Shown piece by piece: positions 58,815 to 64,000 of a stretch of DNA of 64,000 bases. Every line of letters begins with the position of its first letter. Position 1 is the stretch's first letter. The position numbers and the translations under genes were made by a program. The notes under the pieces are model-generated. The model saw only the letters and a program-made list of their open reading frames with translations, searched no databases and had not been told where the DNA came from. The stretch covers positions 4,965 to 68,964 of the forward strand of contig JAJYTZ010000001.1 of the NCBI GenBank assembly GCA_021792775.1, given 5' to 3'. The DNA is from Candidatus Micrarchaeota archaeon (GTDB taxonomy: Archaea; Micrarchaeota; Micrarchaeia; Micrarchaeales; Micrarchaeaceae).

Positions 58815-59747
58815 CTACCTATGCTCTCCTAGCCTAGCTTTCAGGCTTACCGCTTGCCCTATCTGGAACGCGCTGTCTATTCCGGCGTATAGGGCTTTGC
58901 GGTTCACATGGATATACCCCATTGTGGTATCGGGCTTTAGGTGCCTTGCGAACTTGCTGGTAAGCAGCACGTTGCCGTTGTTCTGCTCCGAGAATCGGGT
59001 TATCGCATAATGCCTAAGGCTATGCGTGGTAAGCCGATGCAGTCGCCTTACCGCCCGATTCGGCATAGACTCCTCGCTCTGGTCGTAGACTTCGTCCAGC
59101 CTAGCCGCTTCGGCAAACCTTCTGAACTGGTTTCGGACATAGCCCTCGTCCAGATGCGGCTCGCTAGTTCGGCTCTTGCCGTATTCCTTGAAGAACAGGA
59201 ATCCGCTAGCCTTCTCTATCTCCCGCCCGTTGGCCTGAATGTATGCCAAGGTCTCCTGAAAGAGCGGAGCGGGGATTAGCAAGGTATCCAGAGTCATAGC
59301 TTTCTCTGTCTTTACCACTAGCTCCCTGCTCTCGAACCTAATGTCTTTCAGGCTTATCCTTATGGCTTCGCCAATTCGGAGACCCATCTGCGCCTGATAA
59401 GAGAACAACAGGTGGAACTTCGGGCTGTCAATCGCCCTGAAGAACGCACCGACCTCTTGCTCGGTAAAGCCCTTGTTCAGGCTGCCGTATTTGGGAATAC
59501 GGCTACGCTTGAACCGCTTTACGAACTGCGCGGTTACCTGTTTGCGAATATCTACCAGGTAATGTTTAGGAAGGTAAGGTAATGACCTTTCGAGTTCGCC
59601 CTTTATGAGTGCGAACTGGGCTTTGGAACCGCACCCTAAGGCTTTAGAATCTTCGGCTTTCAACCCGTAATCGCACCCAGACCCGCTTACGGATTTGTCG
59701 CCGATATTCTGCTTGTAAAAGATTTTGGACTCTGCGGGATTCGCACC
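58815..59747 (-). CDS. Tyrosine integrase C-terminal part (intC) starting in the att copy
   Basis: Frame is open from GANPAES|KIFYKQNIGDKSVSGSGCDYG; GLRIGEA, HSLRH, ARH, Y; close paralogue of 54245-55228; in-frame TGA just upstream of att. Confidence 0.88.
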   Translation of the reverse strand, partial: GANPAESKIFYKQNIGDKSVSGSGCDYGLKAEDSKALGCGSKAQFALIKGELERSLPYLPKHYLVDIRKQVTAQFVKRFKRSRIPKYGSLNKGFTEQEVGAFFRAIDSPKFHLLFSYQAQMGLRIGEAIRISLKDIRFESRELVVKTEKAMTLDTLLIPAPLFQETLAYIQANGREIEKASGFLFFKEYGKSRTSEPHLDEGYVRNQFRRFAEAARLDEVYDQSEESMPNRAVRRLHRLTTHSLRHYAITRFSEQNNGNVLLTSKFARHLKPDTTMGYIHVNRKALYAGIDSAFQIGQAVSLKARLGEHR

Positions 59748-59777
59748 TACGACATTTCAGTTGCGAACGGGCGCTCT
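59726..59777 (-). repeat. att site: tRNA-Ala 3' copy (22 bp exact, then degenerate)
   Basis: tggactctgcgggattcgcacc...gttgcgaac.ggcgctct. Confidence 0.9.
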
Positions 59778-59921
59778 CTCTGAGCCCTGATTTTTCAGCT
59801 CCGCCTATTCGTTCTCTTACCAACAAGGTCTGGTTTTGTCAGGGCATATCTTTGCGGCGGTTCTCCGACTTTTTCCTTCTCGCACGGCATCACTTGCCAC
59901 TAGACTATCATCGCCAAACGG

Positions 59922-60332
59922 TTAAAGTGAGCCAACCATACTGCGGAGTTCCTTTGTAGTGATAACTTTAACTCTTTTCTGCATGCCGAAATCAGAGTCA
60001 TGGCTCCATATTACAGTATTCTCACGCAATGCACAGGAAATGTATAGCCAATCTTTCGGATCATCAACAAGACTTGCGGCGGCGGGCAGGAATGATTTCA
60101 GATCCTTGTCGGATATGAGGGTAAGCTGGCTAAGCACCTTTCCGGCTAATCTATATAACTCGTCTTCATCCAATCCTGATTTCTTCTCTATTTCTTTAAT
60201 ATGAAATACAAACTCATTTACAATGAATTCCGGGGCGAATAGGAATAGTGCAGGGTTGAAGAAGAGTCTCCTTGTTGTAGAATCTTTTATAAGGCATGCA
60301 AACAGTATGTTGGCATCAACTGTTACTCTCAT
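59922..60332 (-). CDS. PIN-domain toxin
   Basis: VDANILFA, E, DPKD..Y, IWSHDSDF. Confidence 0.88.
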   Translation of the reverse strand: MRVTVDANILFACLIKDSTTRRLFFNPALFLFAPEFIVNEFVFHIKEIEKKSGLDEDELYRLAGKVLSQLTLISDKDLKSFLPAAASLVDDPKDWLYISCALRENTVIWSHDSDFGMQKRVKVITTKELRSMVGSL

Positions 60333-60558
60333 TCAGGAGCGCCTCTGCGTGTTTTGCTGCACTCTTTGATATTTTTGGGCCGATTAGATTCCAGTCTTTC
60401 CAACTAAACTTGCTCTTTTTAGCTATCCTCTCCGACTCCTCAAAGTCTGCGATCTTCTGCTCTATTATGCTTCTTACCGCGCTTGACCATTTTACAGAAG
60501 AATGCTGTTTCATTTCGCTTTTCAGTTCCTTGCTTATTGAGAGAGTGATGTTGGGCAT
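60316..60558 (-). CDS. RHH-type antitoxin
   Basis: MPNITLSI..EL..EMK.H..V.WS..VR; overlaps the PIN gene. Confidence 0.85.
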   Translation of the reverse strand: MPNITLSISKELKSEMKQHSSVKWSSAVRSIIEQKIADFEESERIAKKSKFSWKDWNLIGPKISKSAAKHAEALLNESNS

Positions 60559-60627
60559 AAAAACACATATTTATTATGTGAACAAACATATTTAATATTT
60601 ACTATCAAGATATCAGAACAGCGTAAG

Positions 60628-60699
60628 TGGACTCTGCGGGATTCGCACCCGCGGCCTCCTCGTTGCGAACGAGGCGCTCTACTACTGAGCCAAGAGCCC
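60628..60699 (-). tRNA. tRNA-Ala(CGC)
   Basis: GGGCTCT/AGAGTCC acceptor with G3:U70, GCTC/GAGC D-stem, CCTCG-TTCGCAA-CGAGG, A73; no encoded CCA. Confidence 0.95.
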
Positions 60700-60814
60700 A
60701 GAAAGAATTTATTGGGCGGCGCGTCTACATAATTTTCTATGATGACTAATTTTGTCTCAAAGCCTTTTCCCGCTCACTATTTATAAACCTTTTATAAGAT
60801 AGGTATAAGATTGG

Positions 60815-62224
60815 ATGCGGAACACCATTAAAAAATCTCACGACGTCGGGCACAGGCATTTTGCTCTTGCCAAGCTGATCGAAAGGGTCGCACTTGAGAC
60901 CAAGCCGACAGATGATGAGATATTCCTCTCTACCGAGTATGCGGATTCTATTATGTCACGACTCAAATCTGCGCTGCCTATTGACGTTGAGATAATAATG
61001 GCCGGCTCTGTCGCGCGAGGCACACAGATACGCGGCTCTTCTGACATCGACATCTTCCTGAGGTTCCCTAAGACGATGGACGAGAGAAAAATGGAGGAAA
61101 GTGCGATTCGGATAGCAAAAAGCATAGTAGATAAAAAGAGTGAGCACTTCATAATAAACTATGCGGAGCACCCATATCTCAAACTCGTGCAGAATAAGTC
61201 GGGGATGAGCGCGGACATAGTTCCCTCCTTTAGGATAAACGATGCTTCCGAACTTGCAAGCGCTGTTGACCGCACCCCTCTCCACAACATCTTCATAAAC
61301 GATAACCTCAATGAGAGGCAAAAGGGAGAGGTACGCGCACTCAAATACCTATTGAGACAGCATTCAATATATGGCGCCGAAGCACGGATTGGGGGCTTCT
61401 CCGGATACCTCTGTGAGCTTCTGATATGCACCTACGGAAATCTTGCCCGCATGCTTGGATCCTTATCTGATGCGAAACTCCCTATTGTGCTTAAACCCCT
61501 AAGTAAGGAGATCCTTTACGGGGATGCCGGCTCTGGTCTCTCCAAACGTTTTGACTCTGATTTCGTTGTTGTCGACCCCACAGACCCGAACAGGAATGTT
61601 GCTGCTGCTGTATCAAAAGAATCCCTCTCAAGGCTTGTGATTATCTGCAGATCCCTTCTTGCCTCAAAGAAACCGGTAGTTGAATTCTATGGAAGGAGGG
61701 AGTCGGATGAGAGACTTTCTTCTCGGATAGAAGGATTCAAGCGTGAGCTTGGACTTGAATCGTGCAGCCTCATCGTTCCTGTGAGCAAGATATCGGAAGA
61801 TACAGTCTGGCCACAGATAAGCAGGCTGAGAAAGAGCCTTGAAACGCTTGTATCTGAGCGCATATCTGTGCCGATTATGGTGGTGCAGAGCTTGCATAAC
61901 GACGAGGCGGTAATCACCGTCTTTATGAACAGAGTAAGTGTAGGCGCTGAGAGAATATCTGGACCTAGTGTTTTCATCAAGGATGGCTCTACCGCCTTCC
62001 TGAAAAAACACAGCAAAGAAATCCTCTCTCTTTCCGGCGATAGGATATTTGCGATTAGACGATCTGATATTCAGACCATTGAAGAACTAATCGGTTCGCT
62101 GCTCAAAGACAATAGATTTGTCTTCCCTTCGCATATCTTCAAGAAAAGAGGCAGGATCGTCAAGCGTTTGCCTGAAATCTATGCGAAACCCGTCTGGCTT
62201 GAGATGAGTAAGAGATTTCTCTGA
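60815..62224 (+). CDS. cca: Archaeal class I CCA-adding enzyme
   Basis: GSVARGT...SDIDIF, YAEHPY, SAVDRTPLH, GFSGYLCELL, DPTDPNRNVAAA. Confidence 0.95.
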   Translation: MRNTIKKSHDVGHRHFALAKLIERVALETKPTDDEIFLSTEYADSIMSRLKSALPIDVEIIMAGSVARGTQIRGSSDIDIFLRFPKTMDERKMEESAIRIAKSIVDKKSEHFIINYAEHPYLKLVQNKSGMSADIVPSFRINDASELASAVDRTPLHNIFINDNLNERQKGEVRALKYLLRQHSIYGAEARIGGFSGYLCELLICTYGNLARMLGSLSDAKLPIVLKPLSKEILYGDAGSGLSKRFDSDFVVVDPTDPNRNVAAAVSKESLSRLVIICRSLLASKKPVVEFYGRRESDERLSSRIEGFKRELGLESCSLIVPVSKISEDTVWPQISRLRKSLETLVSERISVPIMVVQSLHNDEAVITVFMNRVSVGAERISGPSVFIKDGSTAFLKKHSKEILSLSGDRIFAIRRSDIQTIEELIGSLLKDNRFVFPSHIFKKRGRIVKRLPEIYAKPVWLEMSKRFL

Positions 62225-62788
62225 TCAAACTGCCCCGTATTTCTCTATGTAAGGTATCAGCTCTGACAGGTATCTCTTCTCTTTGAACCTTATCCTTTTC
62301 TTTGTTCCCCTTGCTCTGTCCTTTATGTATCCTGCCATCCTCTCCATCTCCCTTCCTGATATCTCATATACCTCTTTGCAAGTAGCTGTGGCTTTCACTC
62401 CGCTGTAATCTATCGCCTCTGATACCAGATTTCCCATCATCTTGCTTGTAGTGTACCTTCTCCTCCTCATCCTTTTCTCCAGTTCCTTTAGATGAGATCT
62501 TACCACAACCACCATATCTGCGTTAAAGTCCATCTCGACTCCCAGATGGCCCACGATTATCCATACTCCCTTATCCTTCGTTCTCTTTCTGATAGCTCTC
62601 TCCAGCTCCTTCAGCTTTACAGTCTTTGTCCCAGCCCTCTCTTTCCTTTTTGAGAACAGGTGGTATTCCTTCGCAACATCGTTTATCTCTATTACCTTTG
62701 CATCCTTTATCTTATCCCTAAGTATCCTCGAGAAATAGCTCTTTCCTGCAGATGGGGTACCGACCACAACTACCCTCAACTCGTTCAT
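62225..62788 (-). CDS. Adenylate kinase, AK6/Fap7-like
   Basis: GTPSAGKS, IIVGH, L..R...R.Y...K...N..SE. Confidence 0.8.
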   Translation of the reverse strand: MNELRVVVVGTPSAGKSYFSRILRDKIKDAKVIEINDVAKEYHLFSKRKERAGTKTVKLKELERAIRKRTKDKGVWIIVGHLGVEMDFNADMVVVVRSHLKELEKRMRRRRYTTSKMMGNLVSEAIDYSGVKATATCKEVYEISGREMERMAGYIKDRARGTKKRIRFKEKRYLSELIPYIEKYGAV

Positions 62789-63372
62789 AGGTAGCCTTTT
62801 GCCGAGTCTATCGCGTCCATTACCTCAGTCCTGGCGTATTCGAGGTCGAGTACCGGATTTGGCTCTATGCTTACCCTGATTGTGTAGTTCTTGCCGTTCG
62901 TGCTGAATGTCCAGTCTGACACCTTATACTCGTTGTACGTTATGGAACCGATTATTACAAAGTTTGAGATTCCGAGTAGCTTCTGCGCTAATGATGTTAC
63001 GCCATCATCCGCATTGTCTGTGTATATTATCTCTGCGTTCTCGAACCCTTCCGTGTCTTTTGGCGCTATCAGAGGTATTCCGAGCTGCTTTGCCTGTATC
63101 GATATCGCCTGTCCCAGTTTCTTTGATATCGCGTCTGCCCTGGCCATATTATCGTTGAATCGCTTTTGGGCCTCTCCCATGCCCTTTATTATCTCTTCTA
63201 TGTCTTCGCTTAGTTCCGCCTCTATCTGTTCTATCTTATTCTTTATGTCCTGGTCATTGGAGAATTCCTGTGGATCTCTTAGGAATTCCTCTATATCTAT
63301 TCCGAATTTTCCCTTTATATTCGGCGCTATCTTTTTTATCATAAACTCTGCATTTGAAGTCAGTTCCACCAT
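62785..63372 (-). CDS. Hypothetical protein
   Basis: 195-aa ORF, GGTGG RBS, overlaps the kinase start. Confidence 0.65.
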   Translation of the reverse strand: MVELTSNAEFMIKKIAPNIKGKFGIDIEEFLRDPQEFSNDQDIKNKIEQIEAELSEDIEEIIKGMGEAQKRFNDNMARADAISKKLGQAISIQAKQLGIPLIAPKDTEGFENAEIIYTDNADDGVTSLAQKLLGISNFVIIGSITYNEYKVSDWTFSTNGKNYTIRVSIEPNPVLDLEYARTEVMDAIDSAKGYL

Positions 63373-63403
63373 AATACCACCTGCTTATTGTTTGACAAAG
63401 TTA

Positions 63404-63440
63404 GTGACATCCTCCAACGACTAAAAGTCGCTGGCTTCCC
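63404..63440 (-). ncRNA. IS200/IS605 right end / 3' part of TnpB omega-RNA scaffold
   Basis: GGGAAGCCAGCGACTTTTAGTCGTTGGAGGATGTCAC hairpin ending in TCAC, overlapping the tnpB stop. Confidence 0.75.
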
Positions 63441-64000
63441 CTGAAGCTTTGATGAAACTTTCTCTGAAAGTTTCAGGGTATGTTCTCAGTTCCTCGACAC
63501 TGCTTGCATCCCCTGTTGGAACGTATTGGCGAATATCTCCCTGAGCGTGACTTCGGGAGTGTCCCTCCCTAGCTCTATTGAGTATATTTATTGATGCGTT
63601 TATATCTCTGTCCATCCGCAGACCGCATTTATCGCAGATGTATGTTCTTTCTTCTCCTATTTTCTTTATACCGCCACAATTACTACAAGTCATGGATGTG
63701 TATTGTGGATTTACCCTTATGACCTCCATACCAGCACTTTCAGCCTTGTATGAAAGCATGTTTATGAACCTGTTCCATGAAGCGTTCTGTATTGACTGCG
63801 CACGATTATGGTTCTTAACCATGTTTTGTATTTGCAGCTTCTCGACTGCAAATGATGTGTATCCCGTATTGACCAATTTTGTCGACAAGTTTTGCATGAA
63901 GTCGTTTGATTGGTTAGTTACACCATTCCATTCCTTCTGAAGATGCAGTTTTGCTTTATTCCTTCTTTTTGATTGCAGTTTTGAAATTTGTTGGACTTCC
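63421..64000 (-). CDS. tnpB: TnpB (IS200/IS605), C-terminal part, runs off window
   Basis: AVEKL RuvC-II, W..F...L.YKA, TS.TCSNCG...CDKCG...DRDINASINI. Confidence 0.93.
   Translation of the reverse strand, partial: EVQQISKLQSKRRNKAKLHLQKEWNGVTNQSNDFMQNLSTKLVNTGYTSFAVEKLQIQNMVKNHNRAQSIQNASWNRFINMLSYKAESAGMEVIRVNPQYTSMTCSNCGGIKKIGEERTYICDKCGLRMDRDINASINILNRAREGHSRSHAQGDIRQYVPTGDASSVEELRTYPETFRESFIKASGEASDF

Larger units (their letters stand above)
53027..60699 (-). mobile_element. Tandem array of SSV1-type (split-integrase) integrated elements at tRNA-Ala(CGC)
   Basis: tRNA 3'-end copies begin at 53027, 55180, 59726 and 60628; two tyrosine integrases read through the att copy. Confidence 0.85.

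Noticed and set aside
59644..59826. 60-aa ORF across the att site
   Set aside because: Alternative frame over the degenerate tRNA copy; the integrase frame explains the region.

Overview
Archaeal genomic DNA, most consistent with a DPANN Micrarchaeota (ARMAN-like) organism. This is inferred from PolD, class I CCA enzyme, Rpo4, L21e, 'QSAMEY..TYGWAIL' class III signal proteins and a tRNA intron at a non-canonical position. About 1-46.8 kb and 60.6-63.4 kb are mostly housekeeping genes: ATPase K/E, TopA, TrmI, PolD, PolX, NreA, IleRS, a beta-oxidation cluster and glycosyltransferases, with scattered IS remnants. About 46.9-60.7 kb is an accessory island anchored on tRNA-Ala(CGC). It holds a tandem array of small SSV1-type split-integrase elements, a DpnII-like R-M pair and toxin-antitoxin modules. 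The best candidate for a new system is a 4.5-kb element that carries only an integrase and a putative RiPP cluster. That cluster has an unannotated 44-aa precursor ending in WRGHNLHSKSY (darobactin/dynobactin/triceptide-like), a radical SAM-SPASM enzyme and a dikinase-like enzyme. Other notable items: an unannotated 46-aa, 12-Cys metallothionein-like ORF; a single-repeat TBP; a TnpB N-terminus fused in frame to a prepilin; an (AC)9 tract in a LamG surface-protein gene; and matching repeat arrays downstream of both integrases. All calls come from reading the sequence by eye; no searches were run.
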